DNA of 64,000 nucleotides from Candidatus Nomurabacteria bacterium (GCA_016699085.1 CP064958.1:409375-473374); one strand, 5' to 3'; counted from the stretch's first letter, positions 27,101-37,507 are shown. A program made the numbers and translations. The notes: generated by a model not told the origin, from the sequence alone.

Positions 27101-27656
27101 TCGCTTTATCTTGACCAATGGTTTGCAATTCACCGGCGACAATGTCGAGAAATGAATGATAGGCATCGAGTGCTTCATCGGCGAGCATCATGAGAGGCTC
27201 GTTACTTATCGTCTCCGCTGCGCCTTTGATAACTGCAAAATGCACCATACACGCTCCAAAGTAGAATCCATGCCATTCCAGTATCTCACTTGCTTCTTGC
27301 CATCCGTGTTCTAAGTATTCGTCTCGCATATCTCGCAACTCTTTGAGAGTTTCGTCACGCTTTTCATTGGTAGTTTCTTTTACACCACTTTCATTTACTA
27401 TATTGGCAATGTTCTCTTCATATATGCTGCATTTCTCTGCCATGTCAGCAAAAACACCTTCACCTAAGACTGGTTCAAGTACTGCCTGCGTCTTTGAAAA
27501 TGTTTCTTTGCCGATATTCATAAAGGCAATCACTTCACCTAACTTTTTTGCTGTAAATTCATTCATAGGTTTTTTAATTAAAGTAAATAAAATCTGATAT
27601 AGCATTATATCATGGCTAATTAGATTCTTTTTTAAATGTATGCTTTTTATTGACAA
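27096..27656 (-). CDS. hypothetical protein (helical; His/Glu-rich segment LEHGWQEASEILEWHGF)
   Basis: 186-aa ORF; true start may be internal (MNEFTAKK). Confidence 0.35.
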   Translation of the reverse strand: MSIKSIHLKKNLISHDIMLYQILFTLIKKPMNEFTAKKLGEVIAFMNIGKETFSKTQAVLEPVLGEGVFADMAEKCSIYEENIANIVNESGVKETTNEKRDETLKELRDMRDEYLEHGWQEASEILEWHGFYFGACMVHFAVIKGAAETISNEPLMMLADEALDAYHSFLDIVAGELQTIGQDKAK

Positions 27657-27719
27657 TGCAACAATTTTATATTAAGGTTTTGTTAAATTAAACTATTTTA
27701 AAATTCAAAACCTCTTCGC

Positions 27720-28442
27720 ATGTTAGAAATTCAGATTTCACGGAGATGTGATTACTCTGTGCAAAACTTAAATAGTCGTTTATTTAAAGTACTAGAAGCA
27801 TTAAACGTATATTTCACAACAAAAGAAAAAGACATTATTGATAAAGTATTTGCCAGTATTGATTTTGCTGATCAGATTATTGACGATAATTATATCGTTA
27901 TTGATAACCCACAAAGACAAATTCTTGGTTTTGTTGTTGGGGAACTTGAGGTGCTACCTTGTGCCATCCCTAAAAACGTCGTTGACCACTTTGTTTTTGT
28001 AAGAGATATTATTGCTCATAAAAAAAATGCAGGAGCAGTCCAGAAGCAATCACTTGCATTATTTGAAGTGCACGATAACCGTCTATGTACTAATTCAGAA
28101 AAAGAGTATGTACGTCTAACCATAGCGGAAAGTATAGGTCATTATAACGTTCTTATGCTACTTTTCCCCGATAATAAATTAACCGAGCAGGCAAAAAAAT
28201 TTATGTTGCAAGCAAGTATGATCGGTAGTTTAGCTGATAATCTTATTGATTTAAAAGAGGATTATTCAAGTGGTAGTATAAAAATTAAACCGAGTTTTAC
28301 TCTACAATTGCGCTTACAAGTTGCGTTAATGAGAGCCTCGTTTAAAGCATTTTATTTATATCCCAGTAAATTAGAAGCTTTAATATTAGGTTTGCGATAT
28401 ATAAAGTATTCTCTAGGATTTTTGAAAAAAGTAGTAATTTAA
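27720..28442 (+). CDS. hypothetical protein
   Basis: 240-aa ORF, no recognisable motif. Confidence 0.35.
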   Translation: MLEIQISRRCDYSVQNLNSRLFKVLEALNVYFTTKEKDIIDKVFASIDFADQIIDDNYIVIDNPQRQILGFVVGELEVLPCAIPKNVVDHFVFVRDIIAHKKNAGAVQKQSLALFEVHDNRLCTNSEKEYVRLTIAESIGHYNVLMLLFPDNKLTEQAKKFMLQASMIGSLADNLIDLKEDYSSGSIKIKPSFTLQLRLQVALMRASFKAFYLYPSKLEALILGLRYIKYSLGFLKKVVI

Positions 28443-28478
28443 GCTTCAGTTAATAATTGACTGAAGCTTTTTCTATTG
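28442..28478 (+). terminator. hairpin agcttcagt-taataattg-actgaagct + tttttctatt
   Basis: 9-bp stem after stop at 28442. Confidence 0.55.
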
Positions 28479-28552
28479 TCCGTCCTCTTGGATTCGAACC
28501 AAGGACCCTCGAGGTATAAGCTCGATGCTCTAACCAACTGAGCTAAGGACGG
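28479..28552 (-). tRNA. tRNA-Ile with anticodon UAU (74 nt, no encoded CCA)
   Basis: cloverleaf: acceptor CCGTCCT/AGGACGG, D-arm GCTC-AGTTGGTTA-GAGC, anticodon arm TCGAG-CTTATAC-CTCGA, T-arm CTTGG-TTCGAAT-CCAAG. Confidence 0.8.
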
Positions 28553-28681
28553 ATTAACGGAGTGTAACTGAAATAAGCAACTATTTCAATCAGTACTCCT
28601 TATTTTGGTATTTCTTTGTTATACTTACAAGGACAAAGTACGCTAATTGACTATTATTTATTAAAGTAGCATAATTTTGAT

Positions 28682-28972
28682 ATGAAAAATATTGAAGAGT
28701 TTGTCGATAAGATTATCGAAGAAAAAGGTTTCAATACAAAAGATCCAGAAGTTGTTGCACAAATCAAGTCTGATTTATTGTCGCGCGTTGAAGATCGGAT
28801 CAATGCCATGATAATGGCAAATATGCCTGAAAGCGCACTAGTCGAATTCGAAGGTTTGCTCGATGCAAAAGATGAGAAGACAACAGAGGTCTTTATCCGT
28901 GAGCAAATACCAGATATTGATGAAAAAGTTGCAAGTACACTACTCGCTTTTAGAACTATGTACGTAGGATAA
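28682..28972 (+). CDS. small acidic hypothetical protein (96 aa)
   Basis: ORF immediately upstream of the 1254-aa gene. Confidence 0.3.
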   Translation: MKNIEEFVDKIIEEKGFNTKDPEVVAQIKSDLLSRVEDRINAMIMANMPESALVEFEGLLDAKDEKTTEVFIREQIPDIDEKVASTLLAFRTMYVG

Positions 28973-28976
28973 TGCC

Positions 28977-31900
28977 ATGCCTCACGAAACTCCAAATAAT
29001 ATTGCTAGTGATCATGCAGTAACAGAGCGCACCAAGAAAGATATTGAAGAGAAACTCGCACTCGAGCAAGAAGAGAAAAATAAAAAAATAGAAAAGAAAA
29101 TTTACAAAGCGGCAGTAGTGAATGCCAACAAACTTCTCGAAACTCAAGCTCGGGATATTGGCGATGCCAATATGACAGAGTCGAGCGAAGAACGTTCCGG
29201 TAATTGGTTGAAAAAACACTGGAATCGAATTTGGAAGCACAACCTGGCCCAGGAATATTATCGTCAGAAAAAGATCGCGGAGGCGCGTAATGAAATTATA
29301 GAGACAGGCAATTTGTATGCTGGCGAAAAAGGTTTTGGTCCTGATAACGTAGACACAAGCAAGGCAAGCGAAGAAGCCATGCAGGCTATTGTTAATCGTT
29401 TTACGAGTGAATATGAGAAGGACACACTTAGAGAAGATGAGCTTAAATCTAAGAAAGAAAAAACTGAGAAAATTCCAGCTGAAGTTAACGAGCAAATTAA
29501 GAATCTCATTAGAGCATTTGCGGGAGGCTCTATGGATAAAGCGGCATTTACAGAAGAAAGGAATCGTATACTTGCTCCGTATGATCCAGAAATTGCTAAA
29601 AAAGGAAGTCTATATGCTGATAACCTTTTTACTATAGCCGAAGAAGTTAGAAGCGCAGTAGATCACGGGACAAAACTTACTGAGATTGATTTTGATGTAG
29701 AAATTACGCTCGGTACAGCCCGTGATAGTTTGAGCACAAAAGCGAATTTTAATGCTTTTGATAAAAGTGTTGAGTATTTACAAAATTCCAAAGTTGGGAA
29801 ATATATTGTGAATGCACCTGGTGCAATGTTGGCAACTGCAGCTGTATATGGTGCAGTTCTTGTTGCAGGAGAGCAAGCCGGGAGATGGGGATCGAAATTT
29901 GCTAACATATTTACGTTTGGTGCTGCGGGTCTAGCATTCTCAGGTGGCGTTGCAGCGCTGAAAGAATCAGCTCGTGTTACTCGCGAACGCTCACAGCATA
30001 TGCGTGAACGTGCCAAAGGTATGGAATTTACCGAAGAAGACATGAAGCGTCGTCGGAATATGGAGAAAAATACGTATGAAATGAAAGGTGCGACAGAAAT
30101 TATTGCAGGACTCGAAGCTGATCTAAAAAAAGTTAATGAAGGCAAACTTCCTGCTGGTGCTATAGAAGATATTCTGGGGCGTGTTGCTGACCTAGAGGCA
30201 AGAACCAAACTAAATAACCAAAAAAATATTGATCTCATTTCATATGATAAATTCAATAGTATAGAAACAGATCGAACCGACTTGCTTGTTAAAAATGCAG
30301 AACTAAAAGTTGCATTACGTAACGCAGTCGCTTCTGGTGCAATAACATTGCCAGGACCAGAGAATTTTGATAGGAATTTGGAAATACTAACCAATGTGTA
30401 TCGCGATCTTTTGGTTGAGGGAGAGAAAGGCATTGAAGCAAAAGATAGAATTTTTAGAAAAATGAAAGCAAAGCGAGTTGCCGGAGCATTTGCCAAAACT
30501 GTGATTGTTGGCAGTGCGGTTGGACTTGCTGTCTATGGTGTTGCGCACCTTGCTGGTCCGATTGTACACAAACTACAAGAATGGATAGGAGGCAAACAAG
30601 ACCTCTTTGTTCCTAAAGGCCAAGAGCAAGGAATAATCGTGGGCAACGGCAAAATGTTGCTTCCAGAGGGAGTGTCAATTCACGCAAGTCCAGATGGTAC
30701 GACATATGAGATCTTGAACGGCGATCAAACTGTTGCAAGTGGTGTCCACCTTAAGTTCAATCCAGATGGAACGCTTGCTCCTGGTTCACAAGCAGAGCTT
30801 GCTCAGCATGGCATTGTTCCTTCGATGACTCAAGCTTCACATGAAGTCAGTCAGCATGTGTCTGGTACAGCACATGATTATATGCAAAACCATCCAGATG
30901 CACGTCAGATTCATCGTGATGGGTGGATGGATAATGATACACGAACCTCAAACTTAAATGAGCTTAAAACGCACTGGGGTTCTGGTATTGGTGCTCCAAG
31001 TATGGATGCTCAAGGCAATATAACAATGAATATTGCACATATGACCCAAGGAGGATCTTTCCATGAAGGTATGCATGTTGATGTACCTGGGCAAGCTTCT
31101 AGTGGCAACATGAAAATGCTGTTCTCACTTTCCCTTGATTCCCAACATCGAGTTTTTGAAATACCAGTTGATGCAAAAGGGAATATAGATATTCCTCCGG
31201 ATCATCCAATAAATAAACTCATGTTTAAAAATGTAAATGGGGAGACTATTTTCACAGGTAAACTTGCAGAAGTTGCCCAGTCAGTTGGGTTTGATGCAGC
31301 CGGCGAAGAGCATTTCCAAATTATTTCAACAATTGTTGGTCCCGGCCAAGCTGTAGTTGATCATACGATCGTAACGACAGTTCCTGATCATATTGTACGG
31401 TTAAATATTCCAACAGGCGGCGATGATTATCATATGCCATTTGTCCCAGTGCCGATCGTTGGACGTCGACCTCTCGAGCGAGGTCAGTATAAAAAAGATG
31501 CAACAATCCAAGAACGAAACAAACCAAAGAGCTCTGTCATTGATGCAATCTATAAACCTGGACAAGGTTTTCACGCTGAACCAACAAAAATAGAAAAAAA
31601 GAAAGGTAATGATTATGCGCTTAACCCAAATGCAGACTATGTCTATGGATTTATGGGCACTAATGCTGCTGATCTCGGAGTCCGGGTCGCAACATACACA
31701 CAAAAGCACGCACATCCAGAAGTGTTAGTTTTTGAAGCTGATCCAAAAAAGCGTGAAGAATTTATGGCACAGATCGAATATATGAAACCTCGTCATCCAA
31801 ATGTGACATTTACGTATGTTGAATTACCACAAACTAAAGCAGAGCTTGTTGGACAGAAATTCACGACGTATATGGAGGACCGATTTAGAAGCATCGTCGA

Positions 31901-32741
31901 TTCATCTGATGTTGATCCAGATATTGCCCATATACTGCAGACAGATAATGTCTCTCGACAAATTGAAGGTTTTAATGAAGAGATAAAAGCTGAAGTAAAA
32001 GTAAGTGACAAAAAATTAGAAGCAAGCCAAGCTGTATCAGAAGATATTCAGTCAGCAATTAAGACACTCGAAGCTGATCTTCGTCAGTATGAAGTCGTGA
32101 ATGGCTATGTCATAAAAGATAGCGAACCAGTAAGTGCCTACGAATATGAAAATAAGAAAAATGAGCTGAAAAAATTAAAACAAGAAGCAGGCTTATTGCC
32201 GAAAGTAGAAAAAAAGATAAGTCCAGAGAATCTTTTTGATACACCATTAGAGAAAAAGCCAGATGCAGTGTCTACAGAAAATCCCCGAGTTGCTATCACT
32301 GAGGAAGCCTTACCTGCTGAGTCCGTAGATGCTGTCAAAGAGGCAGTTGTATCTCCAGAAACACAAACAGAGAAAATTACTTTTGCAAATGATACTGACC
32401 GCGTCTTGGGTATTATGACAAGTACAGGCAGCAAGCTTCAATCCGAAGTTGAAAAAATAATGAGTAATAAGAAGTATAAGAAACCAGCTATAGTTTTGTT
32501 TGATTCAGTGACGACCGCTTCCAGTCGTGGACAAATAAAACTAGCTATCAATAGTATTCGTGCAAAATATCCAGATATACAGTTGGAAGTAGTACCAGTT
32601 GAATCAACCGAAGAAACAAAAGCACAGAAAGCTGGTGCCTATATGAAGCAATACCTCAAAGAAGTTATTGCTGATTCAAATATCACAAAAAAGAAGATTC
32701 GTCCTACCGTAAGTGGTAATGCACTGGCCTTTGCGCAGTAA
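28977..32741 (+). CDS. very large (1254 aa) hypothetical membrane protein: charged coiled-coil N-terminus, two hydrophobic hairpins, long Ser/Thr/His/Gly/Asp-rich central region, C-terminal alpha/beta region
   Basis: predicted TM segments ~aa 270-330 and ~500-530; no catalytic motifs recognised. Confidence 0.5.
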   Translation: MPHETPNNIASDHAVTERTKKDIEEKLALEQEEKNKKIEKKIYKAAVVNANKLLETQARDIGDANMTESSEERSGNWLKKHWNRIWKHNLAQEYYRQKKIAEARNEIIETGNLYAGEKGFGPDNVDTSKASEEAMQAIVNRFTSEYEKDTLREDELKSKKEKTEKIPAEVNEQIKNLIRAFAGGSMDKAAFTEERNRILAPYDPEIAKKGSLYADNLFTIAEEVRSAVDHGTKLTEIDFDVEITLGTARDSLSTKANFNAFDKSVEYLQNSKVGKYIVNAPGAMLATAAVYGAVLVAGEQAGRWGSKFANIFTFGAAGLAFSGGVAALKESARVTRERSQHMRERAKGMEFTEEDMKRRRNMEKNTYEMKGATEIIAGLEADLKKVNEGKLPAGAIEDILGRVADLEARTKLNNQKNIDLISYDKFNSIETDRTDLLVKNAELKVALRNAVASGAITLPGPENFDRNLEILTNVYRDLLVEGEKGIEAKDRIFRKMKAKRVAGAFAKTVIVGSAVGLAVYGVAHLAGPIVHKLQEWIGGKQDLFVPKGQEQGIIVGNGKMLLPEGVSIHASPDGTTYEILNGDQTVASGVHLKFNPDGTLAPGSQAELAQHGIVPSMTQASHEVSQHVSGTAHDYMQNHPDARQIHRDGWMDNDTRTSNLNELKTHWGSGIGAPSMDAQGNITMNIAHMTQGGSFHEGMHVDVPGQASSGNMKMLFSLSLDSQHRVFEIPVDAKGNIDIPPDHPINKLMFKNVNGETIFTGKLAEVAQSVGFDAAGEEHFQIISTIVGPGQAVVDHTIVTTVPDHIVRLNIPTGGDDYHMPFVPVPIVGRRPLERGQYKKDATIQERNKPKSSVIDAIYKPGQGFHAEPTKIEKKKGNDYALNPNADYVYGFMGTNAADLGVRVATYTQKHAHPEVLVFEADPKKREEFMAQIEYMKPRHPNVTFTYVELPQTKAELVGQKFTTYMEDRFRSIVDSSDVDPDIAHILQTDNVSRQIEGFNEEIKAEVKVSDKKLEASQAVSEDIQSAIKTLEADLRQYEVVNGYVIKDSEPVSAYEYENKKNELKKLKQEAGLLPKVEKKISPENLFDTPLEKKPDAVSTENPRVAITEEALPAESVDAVKEAVVSPETQTEKITFANDTDRVLGIMTSTGSKLQSEVEKIMSNKKYKKPAIVLFDSVTTASSRGQIKLAINSIRAKYPDIQLEVVPVESTEETKAQKAGAYMKQYLKEVIADSNITKKKIRPTVSGNALAFAQ

Positions 32742-32789
32742 CTTACATAATAGACTTCACAAATTAATAATTTCTCACCTCCAATACTA

Positions 32790-34970
32790 TTATTCAAAAT
32801 GCATTTCGTTAGACTTTCGTTCCGCAAGAGCATGTTCAAGTGCGGGGTAGCTTGTAAGTTTGCCTGATTCTATGAGTTCGTATGCCTCACTTCGTGCTGC
32901 TTCTACCATCTTGATATTTTTGATTGCTTCCATACCGATATCAGTAATGCCCCATTGGCGCCCTCCACCAAGCTCACCTGCACCACGAAGTGTAAGGTCG
33001 AGTTCGGATAGTTCAAAACCATTTTTTGCAGTCACAAGGGCTTGCAACCGGTCACGAGTTTTCTCTGATTTTGCTTCAGCAAATAAGTAACAGTACGCTT
33101 GCTCATTGCTGCGTATCACACGGCCACGGAGCTGGTGTAATTGTGCGAGTCCAAATCGCTCTGCGCCTTCGATAACGATAACAGTTGCATTTGGGACGTT
33201 GACGCCAACTTCGACGACTGAAGTCGCGCAGAGGATATCTATTGCATGCTTTGAGAAATCATCCATAACTTCTTCTTTCTTTTGTTTCGTCATTTTCGAA
33301 TGCAGAATGCCGATGGTGTACTTGGGGAATACTTTCAGTTTCAATCGTTTTGCTTCTTCAGTCACAGACTTCGCTTGGAGTGCTAGTTCTTTGGTTGGGT
33401 CAGGCTCGTTGATTCGCGGACAGATAATATATACTTGTCTGCCTTTGACGAGTTCCTTCTCTATCTCACTATACGCTTCATCACGCTTTGCTGAGGCAAT
33501 GATTTTAGTAATGATAGGCAATCTCCCGTACGGCATTTGATCGAGAAGCGTCAGATCAAGATCGCCATAAATCGTAAGCGCTAGTGTTCGGGGGATAGGT
33601 GTCGCAGTCATCGAAAGCAAATGTGGTACCACAGTACCGAGCTTGTTATCTTTATGGACGAGCGAGCTGCGCTGCATCGTGCCGAAACGATGTTGCTCAT
33701 CGATAATGACGAGTGCGAGATGCTTGAAGATGACACTTTTCTGAATAAGCGCATGAGTACCGATAAGTATTGGTATTTCCCCGTTGGCAACCCATTTCAA
33801 AAGTTGCGCACGCGAAATAGTCGTCCAGGTCGTTGTTGCAGATGCGACCTTGCTCGGGAATTTTCGACAGCCTGAGCCAGTCATGAGTCCGATCTGTATG
33901 CCAGTGTGCCTAAAGTAGGTAATAAAATTCTCAAAGAGCTGGGTGGCAAGTATTTCCGTTGGTGCCATATAGGCTACTTGGAGATTACCAAATGTCTGCA
34001 GTGCTGGGCGATTGGTGACGATACCATAGGCTGCTGTTGCGGCAATAGCAGTTTTGCCGGAGCCAACATCACCCTCTAGTAGTCGTGCCATAGGATGACC
34101 TTTGATAAGATCTGCAGTGATGCCTTTGATGGCACGCTCTTGCCCTTGGGTTAATGCAAAAGGGAATCGCTTGGTAAAGTCTGTGGTCGTCGCCTCTGGA
34201 ATACTAATCGTGTATGAGCGTTCATTTTTGAATTTCTTGCGTTCTCCTTGCTTGATGAGCTGTATGAAAAATACTTCTTCAAATGCAAAGCGTTTGCGCG
34301 CAGCGAGCGCATGATTTTCGTTTTGGGGCGCATGGATCCAGATGAGAGCAGTCTGGAGCTTAGGCAAGCTATACTTTTTTAAAATAAATTCTGGAATAGG
34401 ATCAATAATCGACTCGAGTAAATCACTTTTTAATATTTTTTGTATAGCATGGTACATAAACTTGGACGTTACGCCGCGGCTCTCAGGGTAAATAGGATAG
34501 GAAATACTTGCATGTGGTGTAGCGTCATTTGCAAAAAGTGTATGGTGTATGTCGATCGCAAGAGTAGGAGTTTTTTCGATTTCTGGATTGGTAAGTGTCA
34601 GACCATGTTTGGTTTCGGTGACACGACCGGTAACTTTGACACTATCGCCAACCCGAAACATTTTTGCTAAGTAGGCTTGATGGAACCAAACGATAGAAAT
34701 AGTACCTGTCTGATCTTCGAGGGTGACTTCGGCCATGGGTACTTTTGTTCTGAAGGATTTTTTGGTATTTGCTTTGGTAATCGTACCGAGAATGGTTGCC
34801 TGTTCACCGACTGAGAGTTCATTAATAAAATGAAGTTCTGCAATACTCGAGTAGCGAGCAGGGAAATGATAGAGCATGTCCTCGAGAGTAACGATCCTTA
34901 AGCGTTTGAGGGCTGATTGAGCCTTGCTGTCAATTCGAAAATGGGTAGTAAGTAGATCACTTTTTTGCAT
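32790..34970 (-). CDS. recG: ATP-dependent DNA helicase RecG
   Basis: wedge domain, GDVGSGKT Walker A, DEQHRFG, helicase motifs. Confidence 0.9.
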   Translation of the reverse strand: MQKSDLLTTHFRIDSKAQSALKRLRIVTLEDMLYHFPARYSSIAELHFINELSVGEQATILGTITKANTKKSFRTKVPMAEVTLEDQTGTISIVWFHQAYLAKMFRVGDSVKVTGRVTETKHGLTLTNPEIEKTPTLAIDIHHTLFANDATPHASISYPIYPESRGVTSKFMYHAIQKILKSDLLESIIDPIPEFILKKYSLPKLQTALIWIHAPQNENHALAARKRFAFEEVFFIQLIKQGERKKFKNERSYTISIPEATTTDFTKRFPFALTQGQERAIKGITADLIKGHPMARLLEGDVGSGKTAIAATAAYGIVTNRPALQTFGNLQVAYMAPTEILATQLFENFITYFRHTGIQIGLMTGSGCRKFPSKVASATTTWTTISRAQLLKWVANGEIPILIGTHALIQKSVIFKHLALVIIDEQHRFGTMQRSSLVHKDNKLGTVVPHLLSMTATPIPRTLALTIYGDLDLTLLDQMPYGRLPIITKIIASAKRDEAYSEIEKELVKGRQVYIICPRINEPDPTKELALQAKSVTEEAKRLKLKVFPKYTIGILHSKMTKQKKEEVMDDFSKHAIDILCATSVVEVGVNVPNATVIVIEGAERFGLAQLHQLRGRVIRSNEQAYCYLFAEAKSEKTRDRLQALVTAKNGFELSELDLTLRGAGELGGGRQWGITDIGMEAIKNIKMVEAARSEAYELIESGKLTSYPALEHALAERKSNEMHFE

Positions 34971-35065
34971 GCAGGTCTATTGTAGCTTATTCTGTAAGGT
35001 TTTTGTTCTATTGACAAGATAGCTAAATTTATGCTATAATATACTCAAACCAAAACTGTTAAATA

Positions 35066-35674
35066 ATGAAAAATTCCATAATCCTCCTAATTACCCTTGT
35101 TTCTTTTGTTACAATTTTTTCTTCTTGCGAAGACCATCGGTCTGGTAATCGTGTTCCAAGAAATAAACCATTTGATATTACCGGTGGACCATCAACTGTT
35201 GATACATTAAGCAATGAACCAATTCCTGTACCAATACCCGTATCGGTGAGTTACACTTTCACGCCCGATAGTGTTCGTGTAACTGAGCCCGAAGAAGGAG
35301 ATTTTCTTTCTGGTGAGGGTCAAATTCCCGCTACCATGTATCGTACATATGTCTATTTCTTTGATTCCAATAACCATAAATTTGGTATTTGTTTGAATGA
35401 ATCAGTATATAATGAGCCAAAAAATTATGCTGATTTAGGTGAGACAACACCTAAAGGTAAAGAAATAAAAGCAAGGAAAATGCTTTTACTGGATAAGGCC
35501 AAAGATTGTTTTGAACAAATAACAAAGGCAGAACTAAAGGATCTCATTGTGACTATTGAAAATGGTGAAATCGTTCAAGTTGAACAAAGAGTGTATCCAG
35601 TAGAAAGAAAAATCGGGAATGCAATCGTTCAACAAGATGCCACATCCAAGTTGTGGCCATATAACGCGTATTGA
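35066..35674 (+). CDS. lipoprotein, hypothetical (lipobox IFSSC)
   Basis: signal peptide + Cys; 202 aa. Confidence 0.45.
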   Translation: MKNSIILLITLVSFVTIFSSCEDHRSGNRVPRNKPFDITGGPSTVDTLSNEPIPVPIPVSVSYTFTPDSVRVTEPEEGDFLSGEGQIPATMYRTYVYFFDSNNHKFGICLNESVYNEPKNYADLGETTPKGKEIKARKMLLLDKAKDCFEQITKAELKDLIVTIENGEIVQVEQRVYPVERKIGNAIVQQDATSKLWPYNAY

Positions 35675-35694
35675 GTATAGTTAAAGTACATAAC

Positions 35695-35735
35695 AAAAAC
35701 CCCAAGCATTTACATGCAAGGGGTTTTCTTTTTTC
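35695..35735. terminator. bidirectional terminator (cccc..gcat-ttac-atgc..gggg) flanked by A-run/T-run
   Basis: between convergent genes 35066..35674 and 35743..36198. Confidence 0.45.
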
Positions 35736-35742
35736 AATCAAA

Positions 35743-36198
35743 CTACTTATCTCCTGCAACTACGATGATGGTACCACCGAGTGAAGAATGCAAATGATCA
35801 TGGAAGGGGAATGTGCCAGTTTCAGTGAAAGTATAACTATAGCTTTCACCCGATGCATAGCCTTTCTTGGCGTCAAATGCTGAATAGTCAGTGTGGGCAG
35901 GATGAGGATTTGATGCAACCCACATATTTTGAGTACCCTTGTTTTCAAAGGTTACCGTGTCGCCCTTATTGATGGTTACAGTTGCTGGACTAAAGCCTGT
36001 GTTGGTATAGCTGACGGCAACTGTTTGCGGCTCTGGAGTAGCAAGGAAGTCTTGGCTGTTGGTATCAGGAACGTAGGTATTAGTTTCTGTGGTAAATGTT
36101 GGTGTCGTCGATTCAGGTGTCTTCTTTTTATTAAAAAGTAAAAATCCTCCGACAGCGACAAGCACGATAAGCCCAATAATTGCTGATGTTTTGCTCAT
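35743..36198 (-). CDS. membrane-anchored cupredoxin-fold-like protein, His-rich, no Cys
   Basis: N-terminal TM; beta-rich domain VTINKGDTVTFENKG...HPAHTDY...FHDHLHSSLGGTIIV resembling plastocyanin-like fold. Confidence 0.35.
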   Translation of the reverse strand: MSKTSAIIGLIVLVAVGGFLLFNKKKTPESTTPTFTTETNTYVPDTNSQDFLATPEPQTVAVSYTNTGFSPATVTINKGDTVTFENKGTQNMWVASNPHPAHTDYSAFDAKKGYASGESYSYTFTETGTFPFHDHLHSSLGGTIIVVAGDK

Positions 36199-36222
36199 AT
36201 ATAAAATTTTAGATTAATAAAA

Positions 36223-36591
36223 TTACTTGAGAATGCTCTTGATCTTTTCAGCCAATTCATCAAGTGTAAAGTTTGATTTGATCATGAAGTCTGTAGCACC
36301 GAGTTCTTTGGCATGGGTGATGTTTTTCTCTTCACTCAAATTTGAGAAGACAATGACTGGTGTCGCAGCAAGGGCTGCATTTTTCCTTATTTTATCGAGT
36401 GTCGTAAAGCCATCCATACCAGGGAGCACCAAATCGAGCAAAATCAGATCAGGCTTGTCGCTATCGGCGAGTTTGATTGCATCTTCGCCGTTACCAGCAG
36501 TCGCTATTTCAAAACCTTCTTTGGCAAGTTTGCCAGCAGAAAGGCCTTGGAGGAAAGAATCATCTTCAACAATCAAAATTTTCTTGTGCAT
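36223..36591 (-). CDS. stand-alone response regulator receiver (CheY-like)
   Basis: ILIVEDD...DLILLDLVLPGMDG...T..K receiver motifs. Confidence 0.8.
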   Translation of the reverse strand: MHKKILIVEDDSFLQGLSAGKLAKEGFEIATAGNGEDAIKLADSDKPDLILLDLVLPGMDGFTTLDKIRKNAALAATPVIVFSNLSEEKNITHAKELGATDFMIKSNFTLDELAEKIKSILK

Positions 36592-36700
36592 TCAGTAGTG
36601 GTGAGAAAAGGATATCCTCTTCTACATAAATTAATTTAATAACGAATATGTTTCCGGATGTATAGTCTCAGTTTCTCTCGGATATGTATCGAGTATACAC

Positions 36701-37507
36701 CTAGTGGGACGCCTTGTGCAAGGGAAGCGTTATCGTAAATGTTGTCCCTTCGCTATCTTTGCTCTCAAAGGTAATAGTTCCGCCATGTTCAGCGATGATA
36801 TTTTTGACGGTATAGAGTCCGAGTCCTGAACCGATCTCTTCTTTTTCTTTTGCATTCGTTGCGCGGAAGAATTTCTCAAATATATGCTCTTGCTGGCTTT
36901 GGGGAATACCAATACCGGTGTCTTTAACCGTGAGGCTCACTGAGTCAGGATAGACATGGATGCCGATGAAGACCTTGTCGCCTTTGCGACTGTACTTGAT
37001 AGCATTTTCGATGAGGTTTTGGATGACGACGCGGACTTTCTCCTTGTCGAAAGGCAAAAGTGGGATTGTTTCTTCTGGTCGTAGAAATACGATCTCGACG
37101 CCTTTCTTGAATGACTCACCAGTAAAGTCAAACAGCGTTGATTCGATAATATCCATCAGGTTATTCTCTTTGATATCGTAGGTAAGTGTCGCTTCGTCAT
37201 TGTGATTTAGCGATAGCATTTCTTGGATGAGGGCAAGCATGCGCTCGTTTGAGCCATATGCTTTGCTCATCATTGAGTCTTGTTCTTGTGAGAGTTTGCC
37301 GAAGTCGCCATCAATAAACATTTTGAGTATCCACTTGATAGCAGAGAGGGAGGTACGCAGTTGGTGTGCTGCGATTGAAATCCATTCGCTTTTGACCTGA
37401 TTCATTTTGTTCAGGCGCTCGTTTTCGCTCTTAAGTTTAGCCAACTCTTCTTCCATGGAAATAGTATAGCATCTACGATATAAATTCTTTACTGAATAAG
37501 TTGACAA
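36701..37507 (-). CDS. sensor histidine kinase (soluble, coiled-coil N-term)
   Basis: HisKA H-box AAHQLRTSLSAI, HATPase N/G boxes GSGLGLYTVKNII. Confidence 0.75.
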   Translation of the reverse strand: MSTYSVKNLYRRCYTISMEEELAKLKSENERLNKMNQVKSEWISIAAHQLRTSLSAIKWILKMFIDGDFGKLSQEQDSMMSKAYGSNERMLALIQEMLSLNHNDEATLTYDIKENNLMDIIESTLFDFTGESFKKGVEIVFLRPEETIPLLPFDKEKVRVVIQNLIENAIKYSRKGDKVFIGIHVYPDSVSLTVKDTGIGIPQSQQEHIFEKFFRATNAKEKEEIGSGLGLYTVKNIIAEHGGTITFESKDSEGTTFTITLPLHKASH

